Source of the DNA: an uncultured Akkermansia sp.
GTDB lineage: Bacteria; Verrucomicrobiota; Kiritimatiellia; RFP12; JAAYNR01
Direction of reading: 5' to 3'
Assembly (NCBI GenBank): GCA_964506575.1
Contig: CAZDLY010000006.1
Coordinates: forward strand, 9,911 to 73,910
Length of the DNA: 64,000 nucleotides
Shown here: in pieces, positions 17,452 through 29,600 of the stretch
Layout: each line of letters starts with the position of its first letter
Position numbering within the stretch: position 1 is the stretch's first letter
Translations under genes and position numbers: made by a program
Notes under the pieces: model-generated
What the model saw: only the letters and a program-made list of their open reading frames with translations
The model's database searches: none
What the model was told of the DNA's origin: nothing

Positions 17452-19114
17452 TGCCTCGGATCATGGCGGTCTCTCTTTAAAAACCAGCGTGGGCGAGCGT
17501 CTGGCCGCCCGTGGCCTGGCGTTTGAGGATCTCGGAACGTGCTGCACAGGCAGCGTGGACTATCCCGATCTGGCCGTGAAACTGGCCGAGCGGATGGTCG
17601 AGGGACGGGCCGACCGCGGCGTGCTGATCTGCACCACCGGCATCGGCATGTCGATCGCGGCGAACCGCTTCAGCGGCGTCCGCGCCGCCCTGTGCGCCAC
17701 CCCGGAGCAGGCGTTCCTCGCGCGCAGCCACAACGATGCGAACGTGCTGGTGCTTAACGGGCAGGCCAACCCCGCCACGAACGCCGCCATTCTGGACACC
17801 TGGCTCGACACGCCGTTCTCCCGCGATGTCCGCCATGTCCGCCGCATCGTTAAGCTCGAACGGGCCGGCCGTCTGGCCGAAATCGCCCATCTGGCCCAGG
17901 CCGATCCCGAGGTCCACGCGACCGTCGTCGCGCAGATCGAACAGGAAGACACGACCATCAATCTGATCGCCTCGGAAAACACCGTCACCCGCGCCGTGCG
18001 CGAGGCGTCGGGCAGCGTCCTCACCAACAAATACGCCGAGGGCTACCCCGGCAAGCGCTGGTATGGCGGCTGCGGTCCCGTCGATGCCGCCGAGAACCTG
18101 GCCATCGAACGGGCCAAAGCCCTGTTCGGCGCCGACCACGCCAATGTCCAGCCCCACTGCGGCAGCGCCGCCAACATGGCGGTCTATTTCACGGCCCTGA
18201 ATTTTGGCGACACCATCCTCGCGATGTCGCTCGACCAGGGCGGGCACCTCACGCACGGCAGCCCCGTCAATTTCTCGGGCAGGCTCTTCACGATCGCCGC
18301 CTACACCGTCTCGCCCGAAACCGAGGTTCTGGACTATGACGCCATCGCCCGGCAGGCGCTCGCTTGCCGGCCCAAGCTGATCGTGGCCGGCGCCAGCGCC
18401 TATCCGCGCATCCTCGATTTCGCCCGTTTTCGCTCCATCGCCGACGCCTGCGGCGCCCTCCTGATGGTGGACATGGCGCACATCGCCGGCCTGGTCGCGG
18501 GAGGCGCCCACCCCTCGCCCGTGCCCTTCGCCGACTTCGTCACCACCACCACGCACAAGACCCTCCGCGGCCCGCGCAGCGGCATGGTGCTCTGCAAGGC
18601 CGCCCACGCCCAGGCGCTCGACAAGACCGTCTTTCCGGGGCTCCAGGGCGGTCCGCTGCAAAACATCACCGCCGCCAAGGCCGTCTGCTTCGCCGAGGCG
18701 ATGCGGCCCGAATTCAAGGCGTATGCCGCCCGGATCGTCTCCAATTCCCGCACCCTCGCCGCAACCCTGGTCGGCCGGGGCTTCCGCCTGGTCTCGGGCG
18801 GCACCGACAACCACCTCCTGCTCGTCAACGTCGCGGCGAGCGGACTCACGGGCAAGGCCGCCTCGGCCGCCCTCGACGCCGCCGGAATCATCTGCAACAA
18901 GAACAGCATCCCGTTCGACACGCACAGCCCGTTCGTCACTTCGGGCATCCGCATCGGCACGGCCGCGTCCACCACCCGCGGCATGGGCGGCGCCGAGATG
19001 ACCCGCATCGGAAACTGGATCGCCGACATTCTCTCCGACATTGACAATACCGCCCTGCAGGCGCGAATCCGCGGCGAGATCGCCGATTTCACCCGCCCAT
19101 TCCCCATACCGTGA
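17438..19114 (+). CDS. glyA: Fusion protein: ribose-5-phosphate isomerase B (aa 1 to about 145) and serine hydroxymethyltransferase (aa about 155 to 558)
   Basis: The N-terminus [11 protein letters not shown]...[13 protein letters not shown] matches RpiB/LacAB. It continues without a stop into [51 protein letters not shown], which matches SHMT. Confidence 0.9.
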   Translation: MNLVIASDHGGLSLKTSVGERLAARGLAFEDLGTCCTGSVDYPDLAVKLAERMVEGRADRGVLICTTGIGMSIAANRFSGVRAALCATPEQAFLARSHNDANVLVLNGQANPATNAAILDTWLDTPFSRDVRHVRRIVKLERAGRLAEIAHLAQADPEVHATVVAQIEQEDTTINLIASENTVTRAVREASGSVLTNKYAEGYPGKRWYGGCGPVDAAENLAIERAKALFGADHANVQPHCGSAANMAVYFTALNFGDTILAMSLDQGGHLTHGSPVNFSGRLFTIAAYTVSPETEVLDYDAIARQALACRPKLIVAGASAYPRILDFARFRSIADACGALLMVDMAHIAGLVAGGAHPSPVPFADFVTTTTHKTLRGPRSGMVLCKAAHAQALDKTVFPGLQGGPLQNITAAKAVCFAEAMRPEFKAYAARIVSNSRTLAATLVGRGFRLVSGGTDNHLLLVNVAASGLTGKAASAALDAAGIICNKNSIPFDTHSPFVTSGIRIGTAASTTRGMGGAEMTRIGNWIADILSDIDNTALQARIRGEIADFTRPFPIP

Positions 19115-19133
19115 ATCACGTGAAAGGAGCCTG

Positions 19134-19979
19134 ATGAAACGTCTGATTGACGCCCTCCTGATCCTGACCGCCCTGTCGGTGGCGGGTTGCTTCAAGAACC
19201 GCGAGGCCCCTCGCCGACTGGTCATCTGCACATCCCTGGAAGCCGCGGCCGCGCAGCGCGACGGAGTTGGCGAGCTGGACCTGCACGGCCAGACCTTCGA
19301 CACGCTTCCTCCCGAAATCGCCACCTTCTCCAAGCTGGAACGGCTGATTCTGCGCGACGCCCGCATCGCGAACGGCTTCGAGCCGCTGGCGCGCGCGCGC
19401 AGCCTGCGCATGCTCGACCTGTCGGGGATGCAGCTGGCCGAGATTCCGGCCGCGGTGTTCGCCCTCTCAAGCCTTGAACACCTCTATTTCGTCGGCAACA
19501 CCGCCACCAACCTCACCGCTGATTTCGCCCAACTGCAGGCTCTCACCTACCTCAATCTGGATCGGACGCCGCTCGATGTCCTTCCCGATTCTATCGGCGC
19601 CCTCCCCCGCCTCCGCTGGCTCCGCCTGAACAACACCCGCCTCGCCAGCCTCCCCGAGAGCGTCGGCCGTCTCGCGGCCCTCGAACGGCTCTATTTGCGC
19701 AACGCCCAGTTGCCTGAGATCCCGCCAGCCATCGGTAAGCTCGCCCGGCTGGAGGATCTCTCCATCAGCGGCAACCCGATCAGCGCCTTCCCCGACTGGC
19801 TCACCGCCCTGCCCAGCCTGCGGAACCTCGACCTCAACGACACCCGCATCGCCGCGCTTCCCGCCAACCTTCAGGCGATGCAGGCGCTGCGCACGCTCTC
19901 CCTCTCGCGCTGCCCCATTCCCGATGCCGAAAAGGTCCGCATCCGCGAGGCCCTCCCCGCCTGCCACGTCATCTTCTGA
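19134..19979 (+). CDS. Leucine-rich-repeat lipoprotein
   Basis: Signal peptide plus lipobox (LTALSVAGC), then about 9 LRRs of the LxxLxLxxTxLxxLPxxIG type. An AAAGGAG Shine-Dalgarno is present. Confidence 0.85.
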   Translation: MKRLIDALLILTALSVAGCFKNREAPRRLVICTSLEAAAAQRDGVGELDLHGQTFDTLPPEIATFSKLERLILRDARIANGFEPLARARSLRMLDLSGMQLAEIPAAVFALSSLEHLYFVGNTATNLTADFAQLQALTYLNLDRTPLDVLPDSIGALPRLRWLRLNNTRLASLPESVGRLAALERLYLRNAQLPEIPPAIGKLARLEDLSISGNPISAFPDWLTALPSLRNLDLNDTRIAALPANLQAMQALRTLSLSRCPIPDAEKVRIREALPACHVIF

Positions 19980-19998
19980 ACACCGGTCACAGGCGCGT

Positions 19999-20538
19999 AT
20001 GACCTTCACACCCCTGACGATTCCCGACATCATCCTGATCACGCCGCGCGTGTTCAGCGACAGCCGCGGGTTTTTCATGGAAACCTTCCAGGCGTCCGTC
20101 CTGCGGCAGGCGGGCCTTCCCGCTGATTTTGCGCAGGACAACGAATCCTGCTCGCGGCGCGGCGTGCTGCGCGGCCTGCACTACCAGCTCCCGCCGCATG
20201 AGCAGGGCAAGCTGGTTCGCGTCGCCCGCGGGCGCGCGTGGGATGTCGCCGTCGACATCCGGCCCGGGTCGCCGACCTTCGGGAAATGGGCCGGCACCGA
20301 GCTTTCGGCCGTCAACCACGCCATGCTCTGGATTCCGCCCGGTTTCGCCCACGGCTTCGTGGCGCTGGAGGACGACACCCTCTTCCTCTACAAATGCACC
20401 CGTCCCTACTCTCCCGCCGCCGAACGGGGCATCCGCTGGAACGATCCCGACCTCGCCATCGCCTGGCCCGGCGAGGTCTCCTGCGTGTCGGCCAAGGACG
20501 AAGCCCTGCCCCTCTTGCGCGACGTTCGGGACGCCTGA
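19999..20538 (+). CDS. rfbC: dTDP-4-dehydrorhamnose 3,5-epimerase
   Basis: DSRGFFMETF, RGLHYQ and FAHGF motifs, 179 aa. Confidence 0.92.
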   Translation: MTFTPLTIPDIILITPRVFSDSRGFFMETFQASVLRQAGLPADFAQDNESCSRRGVLRGLHYQLPPHEQGKLVRVARGRAWDVAVDIRPGSPTFGKWAGTELSAVNHAMLWIPPGFAHGFVALEDDTLFLYKCTRPYSPAAERGIRWNDPDLAIAWPGEVSCVSAKDEALPLLRDVRDA

Positions 20539-20623
20539 GGAGTGCTTGGGCGCTGGGGTGTTGGGTTTTTCTCACCCATTCACTTGCGGCGCGGCGGGGA
20601 CGCCGCCGCCCCCCGACGCCACG

Positions 20624-23600
20624 CTAGGGCGTGACCACACGCAACCGGTAGAAGCCTGCGGGGCGATCGCGCCTGTCCGTCCCCAGATCAAACGCGCCAG
20701 CCTTCTCCTTCGATCCGACCTCCGCGACCGGAATCCAGTCCGGTGTTGCCAGCGAATCGGTCCGTTCCAGAACATACGTCACGGGTACGTCGAGCGTGGT
20801 CGTCGACAACGTCCCGGCGGCACCGGCCGCGGACGTCAGCGTCCACTCCAGTTGGTTGTCGGCACCCAGGCCGGTGATGCGCAATTCGTCGGCAGCCGTT
20901 CCGGACAGGCCCAGATCGAATTCCTGCTTGTCGTTCATGCCGTCACGGTCATAGTCGCGGTACACCGGGTCATCCACCGTGCTGCCGCTGGCCAGACCCA
21001 GAACATCGAGCCATCCGAATTCACCGTTCAACGGCTTGACGCCCTCCTCGACACCCCCCGTCGGCATGACTGGCGTTCCGCCCAGTCCGCCAGCCACGGC
21101 GTATTCATACGAATCCGAGATCTCGTCCTGATCCGTGTCGACTGATCGGATCATGACCGTGACCGTCGGCGCATCCGATCCCTTGGCGGCCTTCTCCGTC
21201 AGGGGCTGGAAGTGCCAGGGCAGGCCCCTGTTAAGGGAGCGGTAGTAGCCCCACGACTCCCAGGTCGCGCGCGAATTGTCCGTGATCTGATCGACGTAGG
21301 CCGCGATATAGTAGGACTTCTGGTCGTCCAGTCCGTTCAGCGTGACAGTCCGTGGAAGAGCGCCCACATTCAGCAGCGTCCGCTGGACGACCGGCAGGTC
21401 GTTCAACGAACCGGTCTCGAACGCCTGCACCCGGATGCACGCGTTGGAGGGCAGATACGCCGCGCCGACACGCACGTTGATGCTGCCCAGCGGCTCGATC
21501 GTGTCGCTCAGATTGATCCGCACCGTCTCGCTGCTCGAATACGCGCTGATGCTGCTGGAATAGGTGAACCCGCCGTCCGAGAAGCCCGTGACCAGCCGGG
21601 GCTGGAAGGCGCGCACGCGCCACCGGAACGCGGCATTCGTCAGCACCCCGTTGCCGCCGTTCAGGGCCGGCACGATGTCGCCCCAGTGAATCGGCGGCGA
21701 CCACACGCGCAAACCGTAGTGCTCTGAATTGGGGTCTGCATTGCGCATCGGCGGCGCGGCATTGGTTCCCGAACTGTACACCACCACGGGGGAGGCGTTC
21801 GTCGTCAGGATCTGCAGTTCGAATGCCGATGCATAGGGGGTCATGGTCCAGCGGAACTCCGGCCGCGGCGACGAGACAACCGCCCCGCGCGGATACTCCG
21901 CGACCGGCGTCGGCAGCGTCGTGCCCAGATAGTACTCGGCGAAGTAGTTGGCGGCGTTGCTGGCTGAAACGCCGTCAACCCGATACTCGTAGGTGCTCGT
22001 CGTGCCGATCGGAATGGTCGGCGTTCCCGGAATCCGTCCATCCCAGTCCAGACCGGGTTTGCCGCCGCCCACCGCTGCATTGGGATCCAGGATGTCACCC
22101 TCGTGGAGCCAGTTGCGCGGCCCGCGGATGCTCTTGAAGAAGACCCTCGTGAAGATGGCGTTCGTCCCGGACCATGTGATCCGGCCGATGTCGACGCTAT
22201 GCAATCCAGTCCCGGTTACCGTCGGCAACGCCAGACGGACAAAGCCGTTGACCGGCTTGTCGGTGAGGGTGAAGGATATCGCATTCTGATCCCAACCCAC
22301 ATCATAAGGGAAACGGTCGGCCAGGCCGGCCGGCTCGCCCTGATCCCACCCGCCGTTGCCGTTCAGGTCCATCATGGCGAAGAACCAGTTGCTGCCCTGA
22401 CGCAGACGTCCGCTCACCGTGACGGTGTTGGTCGGGATCGTGAGGGGATAAGAGGCGGGTGTGGTGCATGTGAACGTCGCGTCCGGATCGCCATCCATCG
22501 CCCGGTCGCTGTAGGCCAGCACCACCACCGCGCCCCGGCTCAACCCGGGATAATGCACGGTGATCGCCAGCTGCGGCGCCGGCGCGGTCACACCCGAATC
22601 CGGCTGGTTGGTCACGCCCGACTGCGCCTCATAACGGGCTTCGGACCAGTTGTCCCACCCGTCTTCATCCCAATCCCGCTGCGAGTCGTAGAACAGCGAC
22701 GATGCGGCCGCGTTGTCGTACTGGTCTTCCCACCAGTCTTCGGTATAATCCTTGTCGCCGGTGGCGCCCGCATAAGCGATCAATGGATCGCTTCCCAGGA
22801 GCAACTCGTCGGCGTTACTCACCCCGTCGCCGTCAAAGTCCTCATCCGTATCCAGGACACCGTCGTTGTCGGTGTCGATGTCGGACGGATTCGTGCCGAT
22901 GTAGTACTCGTATTGGTTGGAGATGCCGTCCGCATCGGAGTCGTCGGCAGCCGTGGGCGACAGGTCGCCGAACCAGAGGCGCTCCCACCAGTCGGGCAGG
23001 CCGTCCTGATCCAGATCCTCAAACCCGGTGACGCGTGCGAAATCGTTGGTGGTGAAGGTCACGTTCTTGATCGCATACCGATCATCGAGGAGATGGATGA
23101 AGTCCTCGGCGCCGTATTGGGCGGTGTTGGTCGTTCCATCGTCAAACACATACCAGGCGACGAGACCGTCGATGGCCATCGCGTCGTATTCCACGACGAA
23201 CGGCAGAGGCTGCCTCCCGTCGGCGTCGAACCAGCCGCCCGCCTCGATCGCCCGTGCCGGGTCCGCCTGCGGCCACAGGGCGGCATGATTCTGCGCTGCG
23301 CCGCCGTCGGGTTCGGTGAACGTGTTGGTTGTGGCGCCCGCAACGGTCCGCCAGGTTTCCCAGTTGACATAGGTGCTATCGGCCAGCGTGGTGCCGTCGG
23401 CCCAGACCCAGTTGCCTTCCGACTTCTCATCGCTCAGGCCCGTCCAGATGGCGGCCTCGTCACGGGCCAGACCGGTGACAAACGCATTCTCGCCGGGCGA
23501 GTTGATGCTGGCCAGCCTGCCGCCCAGAGAGGTCGCGTGATCCACCGCCTGACTGTAGGTCATCGGCGTGGTGATCAGCTCATACGCGGTTCCGGCATAG

Positions 23601-26600
23601 AAACGGTACTGCCCCGGGGCGAGGCGGATGCGTTCCAGCAGGTCGCGCTGCATCCGGGCGGCCGCCAGCGTGGCCTCGTCGGACCACGGCATGAATTGAC
23701 CGGCGAAGGCGCCGATCTCGGTGCGCGTGCGCGCCAGGTTCCACACCCGAATCTCGTCAATCTTGCCCCGGATGCCGAGATCGCCGATGGTGGTGTGTCC
23801 CAGACCCGTGGCCGGGCGTTGCAACGTGGCCTGCGCCGTAAAGACGGTTCCGTTCACGATCAGCTCCAGCGTGTCCCGCTCGGGATTGAAGACGCTGGCG
23901 ATGTGCGTCCACTGGTTGGTGGGCAGTTTGGCACCGCCGCCCGCGAGCACCCGGTTACCGGAGCGGGTCTGGAACCAGGTGTACGGGACGTTGTTGGAGA
24001 CGACCACCGCCCAGTTGGTGAAGCCGCCGTACGCCCCGCCGGCCAGCACGCGGCTCATCAGCGATCCGGTGGTGTTGGTCTGGTCCAGCTTGACCCAGAA
24101 TTCGACCGTCCACGCCGGAAGCGAGAACCGCGACGAGGTGAATGACGGACCTTCCGGCACGATCAGAGGCAGGCCGGTGAGCGCCGCCGACCGCGGAACC
24201 TCCGGGCTGCGGGAATAGAGCGGGCTGGTGAAGGCAAGGATTTCGCGACCGTCGCCGATGCCGTCATCGTCCGTGTCGGGATTGGCGGGGTCGGTGCCGT
24301 AGTAGACCACCTCGTCGAAATCGGCAAGGCCGTCGCCATCGAGATCGTTCCGGCCGGGGGCGCCGGGCAGGCCGGGGGTGCCCGGGTCGGTGTCAACCGA
24401 CAGCGGGTTGAGGTCGAGGATGTATTCGTACGTGTTGGGGAGGCCGTCGCTGTCGGCATCGTTCGCGGCGTCCCACAGGCCCGCATCAAAGGGATCGAAG
24501 TCCGGCCAGTAGATCCGCTGCCACCAGTCCGGAATGCCGTCCTCGTTCAGGTCGTCATACGGCGTGGTCAGGCTTTCGGTCAGGACCAGTTTCGGGGGGG
24601 TGTTGGTGACAAACTGGCTGGTGAGCATGCCCTGCACGGCATAGTTCCAGTTGCCGGCATGCACCCAGTCCTCGGCGCCGAAGGCGATGAGTCCGTAGTC
24701 CATGCGGTTGGTCAGGTTCTGCTGATCGTCGAAGCGGAGATTGACGACGAGCGACCCGTCGTTGACCATCGATGCACCCGCAAAGCTGCCGTCGCCAAAG
24801 ATCCGCCAGGGCGAATTCACGATCTTGTTTCGCCCGTATTCGATTTCGACGGCGGCGCGCGCCCGCGACCAGATCCGCACTTCGTCAACGATGCCGTTCA
24901 GTCCGCCGCCCAGCCGGGTTTCGGCGCTCTCGATCCCGCCGCCGATGTATCCGGGATGCCCGACATCGGAATAGAAGGCCACCTTGCTCTGCTTCAATTC
25001 GCCATCGACGTAGATCTTCAGGACCTTGGCGTCCTGATCATACGTCCCCGCGATGTGGACCCAGTTCGAGGCCGTGATCGCATCCGGGGCCAGCGCCACG
25101 TTGGTGATGCCCGCCATCGTCCTGAACGTAGCATACGGGTGGTTGTTGCTGATGGCCAGCGAGAAGGTGAGCGAATCCTGAAGCGTCGTGCGGCTGACGA
25201 CCGAGCCCGTCTCGTGCGCGGAGTTGAGCCAGACCCAGGCCTCGACCGTCCAGTTGGTGAGCTGCAGCCGGGTGAAGTCCGTAATGGGATTCAATGCATA
25301 CGGCATGTTGGTCGACTGCTCCGGCAGGAGATAGGCATTGGCGGCCTCGAGACGCAGCGCCCGTTCAATCAGCGGCGACCGCGAGTAGGCGGGGTCGGTC
25401 AGGCGCCGTCCGCCGGGCTTGACGATGTCGCGGCTGACTTCCGCGCCGTCCAGGATGCCGTCGTCATCCGAATCGATGTCGCGCGGATTGGTGTTCCACA
25501 CGCGCAGCTCATCCCGGTTCGACAATCCGTCGCCATCGATGTCGGCATCCGCGTCGCTGACCGGATCCGCGGAGAACTCGCTCTCCCATGAGGACTGCCA
25601 GATCGGGTTGGAATGCAGCAGCCATTCCTCGTAATCGGTCAGGCCGTCGCCGTCGAAGTCCGTCAGCCGATTGACCATCGCCAGTGGATTGGGATAGCGG
25701 CCGAACCAGTAATATTCCCAGGCGTCCGGTATGCCGTCGCCATCGGAATCCACGCCCGACGGCACCCAGTACCAGTCCGTGGGATCGCCCGGCGTGGTGG
25801 TGGTCGAGACCCATTCGATGTCCACCTGGGCCGGGGCGTACGGATCGGTCGGAATGCGGATGTCCAGGATGCGCAGGCCGCTGTCGGTCCCGTCGAACCA
25901 CACCGCCGCCGGTGTCGTCTGGGCGGTGAACTGCCGGGTCGTGGGCGTCATGCCAAAGGCGTCGGCCTGCTCGACGTTATTGACTCCGTCTTCCAACTCA
26001 TACTTCCCGTCGGCCTGGATATACAGCCATTTGAACCGCCTGTTTCCACGCTGCTGCGGCGCGTCATCGTCGGACTTGCTGATCACCAGGCCGCGGCCGA
26101 TCGGATTGGCGTAGGGAGACACCTGCTCGTTATTCGGATTGACCGTGTTGAGCAGGCTTCCGGCATTGAAGTTCAGGATGTAACGTTCGCCCGGATTCCG
26201 CACGTCCTGAAACACGTAGTACTGATCGGCAAACCGTTCCACGGGATACATCAGCACCGTCCGGGGTCCGCCGTTTCTCCGCAGGATCGGGCTGGCGCCA
26301 TAGTTCAACGACTGCTGCTGCACGCCGAAGGTGAGTTTCAGATCGGGGTAGCCATGCATCAGGCCGCCACCGTCGGCCATGAGGTCGCCCCCCCCCGTCG
26401 GACTGTTGACGACATCACCGGTGTACCGGTCGTAATCGTACAGGTCCGGCCAGCCGAGCACGTCGTGGCATTGTTCGTGCGTCAGGATCACCGGATTGGG
26501 CATGTTGATATTCGCAGGCTGATTCTGATTGTAGCCGCTGATGTAGCCGTCACGGGTCATGGCGCCGTAATGCTGACCGGCGATGAACGGGCTGGGAGAA

Positions 26601-29600
26601 CGGATGCCATTCCCGTTGAGCATGCCCACCACATAGAGGGGAATGCTGGCGGTCTCCCCGAACGCGTAGAGGCCGTCTCCGTTGGCGTCGTAGAACACGC
26701 CGCCCTCCAGAGTCAACTGGATCTTTGACGAAATATTGAGGCCCGCCGTGCCGTTGGTGAGCCTGAGCGACTGGAACAGCACATACTCACGGCTGCGCGC
26801 ATTGAAAGGCGGATTCTGCTCCAGCCACGCCACGCTGAAGTCGCGCTGGAAGGTCGTGTTGACCCCGTTGGTGGTGTAGCCGACGGGAAGGGGCGAAGCC
26901 TGGGCGACCTGACCGCTGCTGTTCAACGGCAGCGAGCCAGAGGGCCCCGAGATGATCCGGTCGGCGTCATAGAAACCATTGTTATTGGCATCAATGAACA
27001 CATCGTCACCCGGCTGATAGCCCGGATCAGTCGAGGTGCGGCACACATAGCGAACCGGGAACGCGGAAGCGCCCGTCCACAGCACGCCGGTCGTGGTCAT
27101 CGCCGGATGGGACACTCCGTAGGCGGCGTAAATCAGGTCCACGCCGTTCGAACTGCCGTAGTAGATCTCGGTCGGCCCGGCGTAGGCGTTGTTCACGGCC
27201 CACATCAGCGTGAAGTTGGTGACTGCGGGATACACGTAGATGTTGCGGATCAGGCCGGTCGTGGCATCCCTGGCCCGCAGGCCCGCCGACAGGATGGCGT
27301 TGCCATCGCCAGGCTTCAGTTTGCCCGTGGCATCGTGCAGCACCGGTTCGCTGTTGAATTTGACGGGCGGTTCTCCGGCGGTGCTGGTGTTGACCCACAC
27401 CAGATCGATGTTGATGTCGTAAACGCCGTTCCCGTTCAGGTCGGCCCACCGCGCCGACACCGGGCCCACGCCGCTCGGCATCTCCTGGTCACTCGCGAAG
27501 CCATGGATGATCGGCTCGATATCATTGAATTTCTTGTCGCCGTTGGAATCGATCCACAAGGCGTCCACGTGGGGCGTGAAATCGCCGCTGCCGTCGGCAT
27601 CCGCGTAGAGTATGGCCGCCCCCACCACATTCGACAGGGTGGTGAGTGCCGCCGCGCCCTCCCGCCAGACATATCCGCTCGGGGTGATGATGCCCCACTC
27701 TTCGGCGCCGCGGCCCGGCGGCAGCGTAAAGCGGGTGATGGCCCCGAAGTCCTCGGTCTCATCCTGCGAGTCGACCATGTCTTCGACGCACCGCTCCCAG
27801 CCGAGCAGCGGCATGGTATCCATGCCATTGTCGATCGTGACGGGATCGGCGTCCTGAAAATAGTTGTAACTGCCGGCCGGAAGGGTCTCCCCCTGGTCGA
27901 TCAGTCCGTTCAGGGTCACGTCACGGTGATCGCGCGCGTAAGTGATGGATGAATGATAGCCGCCGTACGTTTCCGCGTTGCAATCGTAACCGGGCGTCTT
28001 GCGGTGGCCGCCGCGGGGTCCCGTCAGCGACTGGCCATCGGTGCGCCAGGTCGAGAACTCGAGATTCAACTGGTTGGCGGCGTCGTAGCCCGTGTTGGCA
28101 TGCGTGTGGTAGGCATACGGGCCGCACGCGGGAATGGACCCGTCCCCCGCAAGGTCGGCGGAACTCGGGTTGTTGTCGCCCCGATCCATGCCGTAAATCG
28201 AGCCGCCAAACGGGCAGGTCTCCTCGCCCAGGCGCATGTCGCCGCCGTCCCAGACGGCCTGCGGATTGGAGCGTGGCGCAGGACTGCGATAGCTCAGGTT
28301 CCGCATCATCTGACCGGAACGAGACCCCAGGTCGGGATTGTGATACATGGACGATGCCAGATCGTCAAACTCGCGGGGCGAGTCGTAGGTCCAGGTGGAG
28401 TTGGTCGGCGGATGGTTGATGGAACCGTATGTCAGGACCACAACCGGGCCCGACGCGGTGATCACCGTCTGCGTCGTTGTCGGAACCACCTGATTGGCGT
28501 CAGCCACGGGAACCCACGGGCTCATGTTCGGAATACGGCTCTCGAATGTCGGTTGGGTCGTGCCGTAACGGCCATACCGATCCATCCACCAGTCGCTGTA
28601 CGACCGGATAGAGGGCGGACCGACGGTGAAGTCCCAGAATTGGGACTGGGATGGGGTCGGCGATGACGTGCCGGTCAGGAACCCCCGCTGGATCATCTGA
28701 TTATTCTCCCCGGACTCGGCCCACGTTTCGGGGCCGTCGTACTTGAGGTCCCCGCAACGGGCGATCAGGCCGGCGACATCGCCCGGATAGTTGTTGGCGA
28801 TGTAGTTGGTGTAACGATCATACGACCAGTAGTCCGGCGTCGGCGTCGATCCCCGCGGCAGCACGCCGGTGCTGGCCGGATTGCTGTTGGTCGGCACGCC
28901 GACCAGACCGGGCACCCAGACGCCGGTGCCGGACCGGCCGCCGGTCGGATCCCACCAGGAGATGAAATCGGAGAACGCCTCGGCCGGCACCGCCGCCGTC
29001 GGCCTGCCGTCGCGGCCGACCGCATCCAGGAAGGGGTTGTTAATGCCGATCGTGGCGCTGGGCGGATTGGTGAAGTTGACGGCATCCTGAGGCGCGCCCC
29101 ACAGCGCAATCGAATGGTAGAGCGGCACATGGACGGCGACTTGGACGCGCGTCATGCCGCTGCCCGACAACGTCTCATCGTTCGCCACAAAGAACGGATC
29201 ATTGCGCGACTCATCTCCCAGGAAGTTGGGCGGCGGATTCAAGACGCGCACACGGGCGTTCGTGAACACGTACCCGCCCAATTCCACACCCGGATTGGCC
29301 AACAGACTGTCAAAAAACGTCGTCGGCAGGTTCGCATAGGAGAAGATGACCACTTCATACTGCCTCGGACTCTGATACACGTGAGGCAGCCCGGCTGCAT
29401 CGAGGTTGTATTCGAGCCTGCTGAGGAACCCGACATTGTCAAACAGGGGGTTCAGATTGGGCGGCGGGGCGTTGGTGTCGCGGACATAGGTCCAGGCGGC
29501 GTCACCCTCCATGAGGGTGTTCGACGAGCCTCCGGCGCCATAATTGGGGACCAGGTTGCCCCCGGTCAAGCCCAGGATGTAGTTCGTGCCCGGGGTCCAT

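Noticed and set aside
20539-20623. Bidirectional intrinsic terminator between the convergent rfbC and giant genes (GC-rich cggcg-ggga-cgccg stem).
   Set aside because: The stem is only 5-6 bp and is not followed by a T/U tract on either strand. That is not enough evidence to call a terminator.
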